A DNA stretch of 64,000 nucleotides from a virus. Lineage: Duplodnaviria > Caudoviricetes. The stretch is from the IMG/VR virus record IMGVR_UViG_3300027612_000005, positions 1,043 to 65,042 of that record, one strand, 5' to 3'. A program made the translations under genes and the position numbers. Under the pieces are notes generated by a model that was not told the DNA's origin, made no database searches, and was given only the letters and a program-made list of their open reading frames with translations. Shown piece after piece: positions 47,034-58,500 of the stretch; the first letter of the stretch is position 1; every line of letters begins with the position of its first letter.

Positions 47034-49766
47034 ATGGCTTTGAATATTCAAAATTTACAAGCAAGAGCAAGACAAGTTGGCCAAAGCGTTAATGACTTTA
47101 GCGACGATTTAGAAAACGCTTTAAACGAAACTATAACACAATCTTCAAACATTATTACTAACGGTATTAATAGTGCAGTAGAAGGTGCAGTAAGTGATAT
47201 TAAAGGTGCTGTAGAAGGTCTTTTTTCTCCTCTTACAAATTTATTCGGCGGAAGAGGCAGCAGCAGCTCGAACAGCAGTAGTAGTACTTCATTAGCTGAA
47301 GTTGCGCAATCGATGGGTATACAGTACACCGGCGGCCCACTAGAAAATCCTTTAAGCAAGTATAACACTTATAATTGCATTTTTACACTAGGAGCATTAT
47401 CAACTAACGAAGTTAATCATCCTGATGATACCTATAGAAAAAATGGACCTAGTATTGTTATTTTAAAAAGCGGCGGAACTGGAAGTAATAAAGTACAAAC
47501 AGCTTATGAACTTGAAAAAGGAATAAAGGCAGAATACTTTATCGATAATGTTGAAGTAGAAACAATTATTGCTCCTAATCCAAAAACAAAACAAACTAAT
47601 GCTACTCGATTAACGTTTGAAGTTAATGAGCCTTATTCAATGGGATTATTTTTACAATCGTTGATGGCAGCAGCCCTTGAAGCAGGATATAAAAGTTATC
47701 TTGAAGCACCGTATCTTTTATACTTAGAATTTATAGGGTGGGACGACGACGGTTTTCCAATAAACATTCCTGCTACTAGAAGAATGTTCCCTTTAAAATT
47801 TACAAATATTACATTTAATGTTACAGAGCAAGGAAGTGTATATTCTATTGAAGCAATACCGTGGCATGAACAGGCATTTGCTAATGAAGTACAATCAGCA
47901 AAAACCGATGTAGACATTAAAGGTGGAACTATTGTTGAAATGTTGCAAACTGGAGCAGAAAGTTTAGCAACTGTTTTAAACAATAGAGAATTAGAACTTA
48001 AAAATGCAGGACAAAAATCAACAGCTGACCAATACATTATATTATTTCCTAATTCTAGAAGCTCTGCAACTGAAAGGCTTGCTGGTTCGACAGAAAATGC
48101 AGATGGTGCAACTACACAAACATCCGGATCTTCAGATGGTGGCGGCTCGAGAGAAATATCATCTAATAGACGACAACAGTTATATGAACAAATATCCGGT
48201 ATACAAAACGGTCAAGTCCCAGCAGACTTTGATGCAGAAATGAGCAAAGTGCTAGGTATTGTTGTACGAAGAAGTAAATTAGGCGAAAGTATTAGAGACT
48301 TTGCAGAAAAGTCTGAAAATGTCAATAGTATTGGCAGAAGTCAGATTGCTAGAAGTTATCTCGAATCTGGAGAGCAAGCATTTGGTAGGCCTGCATTTTC
48401 GCAAGATACAAACAACCCTGGAACATTTTCTAGAGGTAATATTACAATTAGTGATAATAATAGAAGAGTTAAATTTAAATCAGGAGCAAGAGTTCAAGAT
48501 ATGATTGAAGAAATTATTCTTCTTTCTGAGCATGGTAGACAGTTTGCAACACAAACGCCTAATGAAACTGGAATGAAAACTTGGTTTAAAATAGAAGCAG
48601 ATGTATATAATGTTCCAGATAATGCTAATGTAGATGCAACTGGATATGTTCCAAAAATCTATGTATATAGAGTCATACCTTATGAAGTAAATGTGTCTAG
48701 AATTAGCTCACCTACACAAGTTACACCTGGTATTTCTGCACTTAAACGACAAGCAATGAAAGAATATAATTATATCTACACAGGTAAAAACGACGATATT
48801 CTAAATTTTGATATACAACTCGATACTGCTTTCTTTAGTGCCATACAAAGTGATTTTGGACAACTAACAGCAAATTCTAAAACAGCAGGAAGTGATTCGT
48901 TATCAGCGGCATTAGCAGAACCAGTGTTTACACAAAACGAAGGAAACTCTGAAAATATATCATCCTCCGGTACTTCACAATCTAGACAATCAAATGGACC
49001 AAATTCTGGACAATTGGGCGGCGGTGGATTTAATTCGCCTCAAACACAAATTGCTAGAGCGTTTAACGATGCTATTGTTAATAGCGATGTTGACTTAGTT
49101 ACTGCTACAATGGAAATTTGGGGAGATCCTTATTACATTGCAGACAGCGGCATGGGAAATTATAATGCATCCGAGGTAGCCGGCTCGTCTAATATTACAG
49201 CAGACGGCACAGTGGACTATCAGTATGGCGAAGTAGATGTGCTAGTAAATTTTAGAACTCCGTTAGATATCAATAATACTACAGGAATGATGGAATTTCC
49301 AGGATTAGGAACTCAGCCTGTAGGCGCATTTAGTGGATTATATCAAGTATTATTTGTAAGAAATAAATTTTCGTCAAATACATTTACACAAGAACTTGAT
49401 ATGATTAGAAGAAGAAATCAAGAAACAGATACTACATCAGACGCACCGAGTCAAGGTACAGAAAACGTAGTCGAAGGCGGCGGCGCCGCAGCTATTTCAC
49501 AAACGCCTACTACTCCTGCTGGAACATTTGCAGGAGAAGATCCTCTAAACGATGCATTAACTGATAGCCAAGGCGGCACCGGCGGCCAAGCAAGTCAAGG
49601 TTCAAGTGCTCCGCCTCAAGATGATTTAAATAATGCACTAAACGAAGGACCAACACAGCCGCCAGTTTATGACGATGCAATTTTGCGACAGCAAAGAATT
49701 AACGAGTCAAATAGAATAGCGGCAGTTAAAAATGCAAGAGCTAACGGAGCTAACGTAGGATTCTAA
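47034..49766 (+). CDS. Baseplate hub protein (gp27/VgrG N-terminal-like), 910 aa
   Basis: Position between gp53 and gp5; I.EPYSMGLF, M.IWGDPYY, FSGLY.V..V...FS...FTQ.L...R motifs. Confidence 0.6.
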   Translation: MALNIQNLQARARQVGQSVNDFSDDLENALNETITQSSNIITNGINSAVEGAVSDIKGAVEGLFSPLTNLFGGRGSSSSNSSSSTSLAEVAQSMGIQYTGGPLENPLSKYNTYNCIFTLGALSTNEVNHPDDTYRKNGPSIVILKSGGTGSNKVQTAYELEKGIKAEYFIDNVEVETIIAPNPKTKQTNATRLTFEVNEPYSMGLFLQSLMAAALEAGYKSYLEAPYLLYLEFIGWDDDGFPINIPATRRMFPLKFTNITFNVTEQGSVYSIEAIPWHEQAFANEVQSAKTDVDIKGGTIVEMLQTGAESLATVLNNRELELKNAGQKSTADQYIILFPNSRSSATERLAGSTENADGATTQTSGSSDGGGSREISSNRRQQLYEQISGIQNGQVPADFDAEMSKVLGIVVRRSKLGESIRDFAEKSENVNSIGRSQIARSYLESGEQAFGRPAFSQDTNNPGTFSRGNITISDNNRRVKFKSGARVQDMIEEIILLSEHGRQFATQTPNETGMKTWFKIEADVYNVPDNANVDATGYVPKIYVYRVIPYEVNVSRISSPTQVTPGISALKRQAMKEYNYIYTGKNDDILNFDIQLDTAFFSAIQSDFGQLTANSKTAGSDSLSAALAEPVFTQNEGNSENISSSGTSQSRQSNGPNSGQLGGGGFNSPQTQIARAFNDAIVNSDVDLVTATMEIWGDPYYIADSGMGNYNASEVAGSSNITADGTVDYQYGEVDVLVNFRTPLDINNTTGMMEFPGLGTQPVGAFSGLYQVLFVRNKFSSNTFTQELDMIRRRNQETDTTSDAPSQGTENVVEGGGAAAISQTPTTPAGTFAGEDPLNDALTDSQGGTGGQASQGSSAPPQDDLNNALNEGPTQPPVYDDAILRQQRINESNRIAAVKNARANGANVGF

Positions 49767-49767
49767 T

Positions 49768-51603
49768 ATGTCAACAGATAGAAACAACTCTAACCAGTCC
49801 GAAAGAAGTATAGCCGAGTCAGTCTCTAACGAGTTTAAACCGGGTCCGTATGTTGCGATTGTAAGAAATCACTTAGATAGCAAATATATGGGTTCTTTAG
49901 AAGTTGAATTATTAACATCATCGGGTTCGGGTAATTCAACTAATACTCCTGGACAATTATATAGTGTAAGTTATCTATCTCCTTTTTACGGTACAACGCC
50001 GTACGAAGGAACTACTGAAAACGAAGGACATCAGTTTAGTCAGCGTTCATATGGTATGTGGATGGTACCACCAGATATAGGTACTAAAGTTCTTGTTATT
50101 TTTGCAGAAGGCGGCCGTGGATTTTGGATAGGTTGTGTAATGGAAGACTATATGAATTTTATGCTTCCAGGAAATGGCACAACAACATATAATAGTGAAG
50201 ACGATACTAAAAAATTACCAGTTACAGAATATAATAAAAGAACTGAAACTGCTGAAGGTAGAAATGCAACAAAATTTATTAAACCAGTTGATCAAGATGC
50301 ACTTGAAGTTTTAAAAACTCAAGGACTTGATAGCGACAATACTAGAGGATTAACAACAAGCTCTGCTAGAAGAGAACTTCCGTCTACAGTGTTTGGTATT
50401 AGTAGTCCAGGTCCTCAAGATCGAAGAGAAGGTTCACCTCGTGTTAGATACGGCGAACAGTTTGCTAGTGGCATTGTTGCACATAATAGACTTGGCGGAA
50501 GTAGTTTAGTTTTTGATGACGGCGATCCTAGTATATTAAGAACAAAACCTGCAGGCGGCCCAGATGGCGCAGCACCGGTATATGTAAATGCTGAAGGAGG
50601 CGAAGAAGGAGGCGATCCAACTCTTCCTCATAACGAATTAGTAAGATTAAAAACTAGAACAGGTCATCAAATTTTAATGCACAACACTGAGGATTTAATC
50701 TACATTGCAAATGCAAAAGGAACAACTTGGATTGAATTAACTAGCAACGGCAAAGTAGACATTTATGCAGCAAGTGATGTAAGCATCCATTCTGAAGCAA
50801 ATATGAATTTTAAAGCTGACGGCAATATGTATTTTGAAGCTGGTGCAGATATTCACATGAAAGCTGGCGCCAACATTTATCAATCAAGTGGCGCCAACAT
50901 AGAATTACTAGCTGGTGCAGATGGTAAAATTACAACATCTGCAAATTTAGATTTAGTGTCGGGCGGAGATACACGATCGACTGCTGCAAACACTCATTGG
51001 ACGGCAGGATCTCATACTACAAAGGGAACTATTGAACAAAATGGCCCAGAGCCAACAGCGCCAACAGAAGCAATAGAAGCAATAGAAGCACAACGTGTTC
51101 CAGAACATGAACCGTGGGACGGCCATGAAAATTTACATATTGATGATGGAGAAGAAGAAAATCATCCCGATACATTTAGACAAAGCACAACTAGGTCATC
51201 CGAAGAATCATCAGCAGTGCAGCCACCAGAAGCTGAAACTCCAACTCCTGGTGATGAAACAGCCACTGACGAAGCAACTACTACAGGTGTATTAAGAACA
51301 CCGTTGCAAGAATCTTTAACATCAGCAGCGTCGTCGTTAACATCTGCAATGCAAGAAGGTATTAGGGCTATCAGTGAAGGAATAACAATACCGAATGTTT
51401 CGCAGTTAACGAGCTCAGTTGATTTTGGAGCTATACGTTTTCCAGCCGCACAAGAATTAGTTAGAGAAATTGATAATGTTGTTAGTTCAAGTGAACTTAG
51501 ACAAAATATTGAAAATGCAGTAGGGCAAATAGAACCAGCACTTCAAAATGCATCAAGTAGACTTCTAAACTTCCGTACAAGATTAGCTAGGGTAAATACA
51601 TAA
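49768..51603 (+). CDS. gp5: Baseplate central spike, gp5/VgrG-like OB-fold plus beta-helix, without lysozyme domain
   Basis: SYGMWMVPPDIGTKVLV.FAEG....GFW.GC, RT.TGHQILMH.TEDLIYIANAKGT.WIELTSNGKVDIYA. Confidence 0.75.
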   Translation: MSTDRNNSNQSERSIAESVSNEFKPGPYVAIVRNHLDSKYMGSLEVELLTSSGSGNSTNTPGQLYSVSYLSPFYGTTPYEGTTENEGHQFSQRSYGMWMVPPDIGTKVLVIFAEGGRGFWIGCVMEDYMNFMLPGNGTTTYNSEDDTKKLPVTEYNKRTETAEGRNATKFIKPVDQDALEVLKTQGLDSDNTRGLTTSSARRELPSTVFGISSPGPQDRREGSPRVRYGEQFASGIVAHNRLGGSSLVFDDGDPSILRTKPAGGPDGAAPVYVNAEGGEEGGDPTLPHNELVRLKTRTGHQILMHNTEDLIYIANAKGTTWIELTSNGKVDIYAASDVSIHSEANMNFKADGNMYFEAGADIHMKAGANIYQSSGANIELLAGADGKITTSANLDLVSGGDTRSTAANTHWTAGSHTTKGTIEQNGPEPTAPTEAIEAIEAQRVPEHEPWDGHENLHIDDGEEENHPDTFRQSTTRSSEESSAVQPPEAETPTPGDETATDEATTTGVLRTPLQESLTSAASSLTSAMQEGIRAISEGITIPNVSQLTSSVDFGAIRFPAAQELVREIDNVVSSSELRQNIENAVGQIEPALQNASSRLLNFRTRLARVNT

Positions 51604-52049
51604 TGAGTACATTAGAAAAAAACATTTATAAACAAGTCAACGTTTCGGCAGGTAATAAAACCGAATCTGTACCTGAAAGTAGGGCTTATAGAGGAATATC
51701 AACAGTAAACCCAGACGCTACAAACTGGGTACTATATGATATTGCAATTATTAAACAAGATATTATAAATCATTTCCACATACGTCAAGGAGAAAAGTTA
51801 AGTAATCCTGAATTTGGAACAATTATTTGGGACATTCTTTTTGAACCGTTGACACCCAGACTACAAGATGCGATTATCAAAAACGTATCGGCTATCATTA
51901 ACTATGATCCAAGGGTTAATGTAGATAATATTACAGTAGATAGTTATGAAAGCGGTATACAAGTTGAATGTACTTTGACATATTTGCCGTATAATATTTC
52001 AGAATCAATGCGTATGAAATTTGATGAAGAAGCTGGATTTTTGTCGTAA
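51603..52049 (+). CDS. gp25: Baseplate wedge subunit gp25
   Basis: IKQDIINHFHIRQGEKL.NPEFGTIIWD.LFEP, IINYDPRV. Confidence 0.9.
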   Translation: MSTLEKNIYKQVNVSAGNKTESVPESRAYRGISTVNPDATNWVLYDIAIIKQDIINHFHIRQGEKLSNPEFGTIIWDILFEPLTPRLQDAIIKNVSAIINYDPRVNVDNITVDSYESGIQVECTLTYLPYNISESMRMKFDEEAGFLS

Positions 52050-52057
52050 GAATTAAC

Positions 52058-52084
52058 TACGCACTTTTCTATATCAAATAAATA
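52058..52084 (+). promoter_or_regulatory. Late promoter TAAATA with upstream TACGCAC
   Basis: ATAAATA at 52078-52084 before gp6; TACGCAC-N14-TAAATA also occurs at 45872-45898. Confidence 0.5.
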
Positions 52085-52107
52085 CACTATAACGAGGAAA
52101 GCAAAAA

Positions 52108-55100
52108 ATGTCATCAACAGATAGACAAAATAGATTATTACTAGCAGAAGATTGGAAACGTGTATATCAGTCTTTTCGAAATGCTGATTTTAAGTCTTAT
52201 GATTTTGATAATCTAAGACGTACAATGATTTCTTACTTACGTGAGAATTATCCAGAAGACTTTAACGATTACTTAGAGAGTTCAGAATACCTGGCACTGA
52301 TTGATCTTATTTCGTTCCTTGGGCAAAATATTGCTTTCCGTATTGATCTTAATGCAAGAGAAAACTACTTAGAATTAGCAGAGCGCCGTGAAAGTGTACT
52401 ACGTTTAGCAAGATTGCTTTCCTACAATCCTAAACGTAATCAAGCAGCAAACGGCTTGTTAAAAATTAGTGCCGTTTCGACAACACAAGAAATTATAGAT
52501 TCTAATAATATTAATTTAAAAAATCAAACTATTGTCTGGAATGATCCAAGTAATCCTGATTGGTACGAGCAGTATATTAGGGTAATGAATGCTGCGTTGC
52601 CTGTTAACGGAACATTCGGAAGACCTAATAAAAGAGAAATTATAGGCGGCATTCCTACCGAACAATATAGATACAATAGTACAAATAATGATATTCCTGC
52701 TTATAGCTTTACTAAAACTATAGACGGAAAAACTTCGTTATTTGAAATTGTTTCTACAAATATTACAGAAAGCCAAATAGAAGAAGAAGCACCGTTTCCT
52801 GGAAACAATTTTGCGTTTTTGTACAGAGAGGATGGCCGCGGCGTAGCGAGTTCTAATACAGGATTTTTTTGCCACTTTAGACAAGGTTCGCTAGACCAAG
52901 GAACATTCAATATCAGTAATCCGTCTACTAATCAAGTAGTTGCTATCGATGCTACAAATGTTAACCAAAGTGATGTTTGGTTATATAAACTTGATAGCTT
53001 AGGAAATGAGCAAGAGCTATGGTCTAAAGTAGATGCAGTTGAAGGCAATAATGTTATCTATAATAGTTTGAATAGAGGTATTAGAAATATTTATAGCGTG
53101 TTAACACGTATTGAAGATAGAATCAGTCTAATTTTTAGTGATGGCGTGTTTGGTAATCTTCCTCAAGGTAATTTCCGTGCGTATTATAGATCTAGTAAAA
53201 ATCAAAGATTAGTAATTACTCCAGACGACATGAAAGGAATTAGTATACGTATTCCTTATGTGTCAAAAAGTGGAAAAGCAGAAACTATTACATTGACATT
53301 TGAGTTAAAATACACAGTTGACAATGCAACTGTAAGTGAAAGTAGTGCAAACATTAAAGCGAATGCACCTGCAACTTACTACACTCAGAACAGAATGATT
53401 ACCGCAGAAGACTATCAAATAGGTCCTCTAACAGTAAGTCAAGAAGTTGTTAAGGCAAAATCAGTTAATAGAACTTCAAGCGGCATTTCACGATACTTTG
53501 ATCTTATTGACGCAACAGGAAAATATTCTACAACAAATTTATTTGGTGTTGACGGAGCAGTTTATAAAGACTATCTAAATTTAAAAACTAGTTTTACGTT
53601 TGAAAATTTAACAGACATTGAAGGTTCTATTGTTAATAATATCGAGCCTATTTTGTCAAGCATTAAAATTAGAAATTATTATTATGATAAGTTCCCACAG
53701 TTATTAGTAGAAGACTTAGGTTCATCGTGGATACAATCTAGTACAGGTACTAATATTTCAACTGGATATTTTGAAAATCCAAACGGAGTTAGTGTTAAGG
53801 TAGGATCATTTACTGGCTCGAACATGAAGTTTGTTAAACTTAATTCTTTACTACGATTCGAAGCTCCTGCAGGATTTCATTTTTTAAATGGCAAATTAGA
53901 AGCAGGGTCTCCTGATTTTAGAGGTGGAACGCTGTACAAGTGGGTAAAAGTAATTAACGTATCTGGGAATGGAGTAGAACTATTATCAGACAATTCCGGA
54001 CCAATTACATTTAATGATGTTATCCCTCAAGGTGCATTGTTAGTAGAAATACGTACAGCATTGCCGACAGCACTTACAGCCGATGTAAAAGCACAAGTTG
54101 TAGATCAAATATTTTCTTACAAAACATTTGGTTTAAGATATGATCAAAATCGAGGACAATGGCGTGTTATTTCAGAAAACAATTTAAATACTTCTAGTGC
54201 GTTTTCAACAGGTAAAACAGGCGATAGTACTAATCAGCAATTAGATTCAAGCTGGTTATTACTTTTTAATACTGACGGTGAAAAATACACAATAACATAT
54301 CGAGCAATGAGATATATTTTTGAAAGCGACAATGAAATTAGATTTTACTATGATTCTAGTGATAAGATTTATAATAATAAAACTGGTAAAATTGTTAAAG
54401 ATAAAATTAATGTTTTAAATATTAATACACAGCCTGACTCATCTAATGCGTTCAATAATAATTTTCTTTGGGAAATTGTAGAAGAATATAGAGACGTTGA
54501 AGGATATGTAGATTCTAAAAAAATACAAGTAAGTTTCTTTGACGAAGACGATGACGGTGTTGTTGATAATCCAGAAATTTTTAAAGAGCTTGTTGCAGAA
54601 ACTGTAAATCCATTAGACAAGTTAGTCTTCTTACAAAAAATTACTACAGTAGACGGCATTAATGATTTTGTTTATGTGTCAAAAGATTCTATAAATGTAC
54701 AAACATTTAATAGTAAGGCAAGTGTCGGAGCACTAAGTCAATACGATAATGGACAACTATTTTACTATTTGCAAGAAGATATTTTTGAAGTATTAGATTC
54801 GTCTACAGGCACACTGTCTATTAATACAGACTACAAAGCAAAGATTGGCAGAGATGCACTAAAATTCCAATATGTACATGCTGCTGATCAAGACAGCAGA
54901 ATTGATCCAAGTGCAAGTAATATAATCGATACTTACTTGTTAACAAGAGGATACGACACTCAATATAGACTATGGCTTGAAGGATCTAGAAGTACAAAGC
55001 CGCTACCTCCAAGTAGTGATGATTTATACATTAGCTATGCTTCGGAATTAGGAAAAGTTAAATCACTTAGCGACGAAATCATTTATCATCCAGTTAAGTA

Positions 55101-55557
55101 CAAAGTACTTTTTGGAGACAAGGCAGAATCAGATTTGCAAGCAAGATTTAAATTAGTTAAGAACACAGACTTAGTTATCAATGATAACGAACTAAAGTCA
55201 AATGTTGTTAGTGCAATTAATAGATTTTTTGCATTAGAAAATTGGGATTTTGGGGATACATTTTATTTCTCTGAACTTGCAAGTTTTGTAATGAATAATT
55301 TGTCGCCGGACCTAGTAACATTTGTTATAGTACCGGTTCAAGATGATCAAAGTTTTGGATCATTATACGAAATTAAATCAGAATCTGATGAAATTTTTAT
55401 TAGCGGAGCAACTGTTAGTGATATTGATATTATAGACGGTATTACTGCTAGTAGACTAAAAGCATCAGGAAATGTTGTTACTTCTGTAGAAAACAGCTCT
55501 ACAGGTATTACTAGTAGCACATATAATACATCAAATGGTGGAGGCCTAACTTACTAA
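52108..55557 (+). CDS. gp6: Baseplate wedge subunit gp6-like
   Basis: DF.SYDFD.LR, ENYLELAERRESVLRLAR.LSYNPKR, IKANAPA.YYTQNRMITAEDY. Confidence 0.85.
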   Translation: MSSTDRQNRLLLAEDWKRVYQSFRNADFKSYDFDNLRRTMISYLRENYPEDFNDYLESSEYLALIDLISFLGQNIAFRIDLNARENYLELAERRESVLRLARLLSYNPKRNQAANGLLKISAVSTTQEIIDSNNINLKNQTIVWNDPSNPDWYEQYIRVMNAALPVNGTFGRPNKREIIGGIPTEQYRYNSTNNDIPAYSFTKTIDGKTSLFEIVSTNITESQIEEEAPFPGNNFAFLYREDGRGVASSNTGFFCHFRQGSLDQGTFNISNPSTNQVVAIDATNVNQSDVWLYKLDSLGNEQELWSKVDAVEGNNVIYNSLNRGIRNIYSVLTRIEDRISLIFSDGVFGNLPQGNFRAYYRSSKNQRLVITPDDMKGISIRIPYVSKSGKAETITLTFELKYTVDNATVSESSANIKANAPATYYTQNRMITAEDYQIGPLTVSQEVVKAKSVNRTSSGISRYFDLIDATGKYSTTNLFGVDGAVYKDYLNLKTSFTFENLTDIEGSIVNNIEPILSSIKIRNYYYDKFPQLLVEDLGSSWIQSSTGTNISTGYFENPNGVSVKVGSFTGSNMKFVKLNSLLRFEAPAGFHFLNGKLEAGSPDFRGGTLYKWVKVINVSGNGVELLSDNSGPITFNDVIPQGALLVEIRTALPTALTADVKAQVVDQIFSYKTFGLRYDQNRGQWRVISENNLNTSSAFSTGKTGDSTNQQLDSSWLLLFNTDGEKYTITYRAMRYIFESDNEIRFYYDSSDKIYNNKTGKIVKDKINVLNINTQPDSSNAFNNNFLWEIVEEYRDVEGYVDSKKIQVSFFDEDDDGVVDNPEIFKELVAETVNPLDKLVFLQKITTVDGINDFVYVSKDSINVQTFNSKASVGALSQYDNGQLFYYLQEDIFEVLDSSTGTLSINTDYKAKIGRDALKFQYVHAADQDSRIDPSASNIIDTYLLTRGYDTQYRLWLEGSRSTKPLPPSSDDLYISYASELGKVKSLSDEIIYHPVKYKVLFGDKAESDLQARFKLVKNTDLVINDNELKSNVVSAINRFFALENWDFGDTFYFSELASFVMNNLSPDLVTFVIVPVQDDQSFGSLYEIKSESDEIFISGATVSDIDIIDGITASRLKASGNVVTSVENSSTGITSSTYNTSNGGGLTY

Positions 55558-58500
55558 TGGCATACGACGACGATCAGAATGAATTTCCATTACCAGGCGG
55601 CGATAAGAAACCGCGTCGAAGAAGTGCAGAGCACCTTCCTAGATATTTTAGAACTAATGTTAACAAAAAGTTCTTAGCTAGTACTATTGACCAATTAATA
55701 CAGCCTGGAACTGCCGAAAAACTTAACGGTTATTACGGCAGAAAACAAGCTAAAGGGTTTAAAGTAGGCGACTTTTATATTGGCGATGTAAGTAAAGACA
55801 GAGAAGAGTATCAATTAGAGCCAGCTGCGGTAATTAAAGACACACTTGATAATGTAAATTTTTACGGCGATTACACTGATTACATTAATCAAATAAAAAG
55901 TTTAGGCGGAGATGTTAGTGATCACAATCTGCTCAACAGACAAGAGTTTTATTCTTGGCAACCTCATATTGATTGGGATAAATTTGTTAATTTCCGCGAA
56001 TATTACTGGCTACCGAACGGTCCCCAAGAAATTCCTGTTGCAGGACAAAGTATTGATGTAGAAAGTGTATATACTGTTAAAGTAGTCGATAACGGAGACA
56101 ACTACGGTTATGTGTTTACACCAGACGGGCAAACACAAAATCCAGAATTAACTTTATATAGGGGTATAACTTATAAATTTGAAATTAATGCTCCTGGAAA
56201 TCCTTTATCATTTAGGACTTCTAAGCAAAGTGCAAGTAAGTGGGTTGGAAAAAGTACATATTATCTAGGCGAAACTGTATTATTTAATGGTACGGTTTAT
56301 ATTTCAAACCGAGAACATCTTTCAGGTACTACTTTTGATGAAACTTTTTGGGACTTAGATACAACGTTTAATCTTGTAAGTCAAGTTTCGCAACAAAGTA
56401 TCGAAGATGGAACTATTGAAGTTACTTTAGATTTCGAAACTCCTGATATTGTTTATTATATGTCTGACAACGACATATTTGCTAGCGGAATTATTCGAGT
56501 TAAAGATATCGAAGAAGCAAGTTTTATTAATGTTGAAGAAGAAATTTTAGGTAAAAAAACTTATACAACTAGTTCTAATGTAAACTTGTCAAACGGTACA
56601 AAGATCTTTTTCCAAGGAAATGTTACTCCTGAAAAGTATGCAAAAGGATCTTGGTATGTTGAAGGAGTTGGATCTGAGATTAAATTAATTTCGGAAGATG
56701 AATTAAACGTTCCCAGTTCCTTTACACAAGACTTGCAAGTTGAATTTGATAACGAAGGATTTGATAGACTACCGTATGACGAAGCAATTGGATACCCTAT
56801 TAACAAAGATTATATTACTATTAATAGAGCAAGTAAAGACGGCAATCTTTGGTCTAAGTACAACAGATGGTTTCACAAAAGTGTAATTGAAACAGCAGAA
56901 AAAATTAACGGTCAAGATCCTGAGTTAGATCAACTACAAAGAGCAACACGCCCTATTATAGAATTTTCACCTAATCTTAAATTATTTAATTTTGGCACTC
57001 GTGTAAAACAGAATATTGACCTTATTGACGATTTTACAAAAGATGTATTTTCAACAGTTGAAGGTTCTCAAGGTTATAATGTTGACGGCGTAGACTTAAC
57101 TAACGGCATGCGAGTATTGTTTACTGCTGACACCGATGTACAAGTTAACGGAAAAATTTACGAAGTTAAATTTATTACATTTAATAACACTAGACAAATA
57201 ACTCTCCAGGAAACTTCGGATACGACTCCGGTGGAAAATGAAACGATACTTTGTAAGCAAGGTAATGCATATAGAGGAAAGATGCTATGGTTCAACGGAA
57301 CTTCTTGGAAACTAGCACAAGATAAAACAACCATTAATCAGTCTCCGCTATTTGATATTTTTGATAAAGACGGAGTAAGTTTTTCAAATCAAGATGTTTA
57401 CGGTTCTAGTACTTTTACTGGTACAAAGTTATTTTCTTATAAACAAGGTACAGGGTCAAATGATACTATATTAGGATTTCCTATCTCGTATAGAAGTATT
57501 GAAAATATAGGAGATATTACATTTAATTTTGATTTATTGACAGACACGTTTACATATTTTGCTGCAAATACAAATGTAATAGAAATAAACGTAAATTCAG
57601 GATATTTAAGAAAGTATTCAGGAGTGTCTACTTTTGAAAACGTTAACGGCTGGACCAAAGCAGAATGGCTGAGTAATCAGTCTGTTATACGTCAATACGA
57701 AGTTGATAATACTAGAACATTTTACACTATTGATGTGTATGATCAAAGCGGTCTTATTGACGACTTATGGATCAGAGTCTTACTTAATAATGAATTACTA
57801 TTTGAAGGTGTTGATTATTCGATAAGTGTTGACGAACAAAACAATAGCATTATTAATTTTATAAGACCATTAAACATAGGTGATATAATTTTAATTAAAA
57901 CAAGATCGTCTGCTAAGAAAAATGATAACGGAATATACGAAATTCCGATGAACTTAGAAAGAAACCCATTAAACAAAAATGTTTCTGAATTAACTTTAGG
58001 CGAAGTAAATGATCATGTTAGTACTATAATTGAAGAAGTTGAAACATTTTCAGGATTATACCCAGGAATAAGCAATTTAAGAGATTTAGGAAATATTTCT
58101 TCTTACGGTAAAAGAATTGTAAGACATTCGTCTCCTACTAATATTGCATTGTATCATTTATTAAGTAAAGAGTCAAATATAATTTCGTCTTTAAAATATG
58201 CTAGAAGAGAATACGGTAAGTTTAAAAGATTATTTTTACAAACATCATATAATTTAGGGTTCGACGGACCGGTAAAAGATCATGTTGATTTAATCATGTC
58301 AACAATGAATAGAGATAAAACAAATTCAATGCCGTTCTACTTTTCAGATATGGTACCCACTGGTGCTGCTAAAAAGTCAACAGTTGAAGTAGAAGATGCA
58401 GATAATAATTTCTTTGCACTATCTGAAGCATTTGATTTAACTGCTCCGTCGGATAAATCAGTGCAAGTGTACTTAAACGGTGTACAGCTTATACATAACA

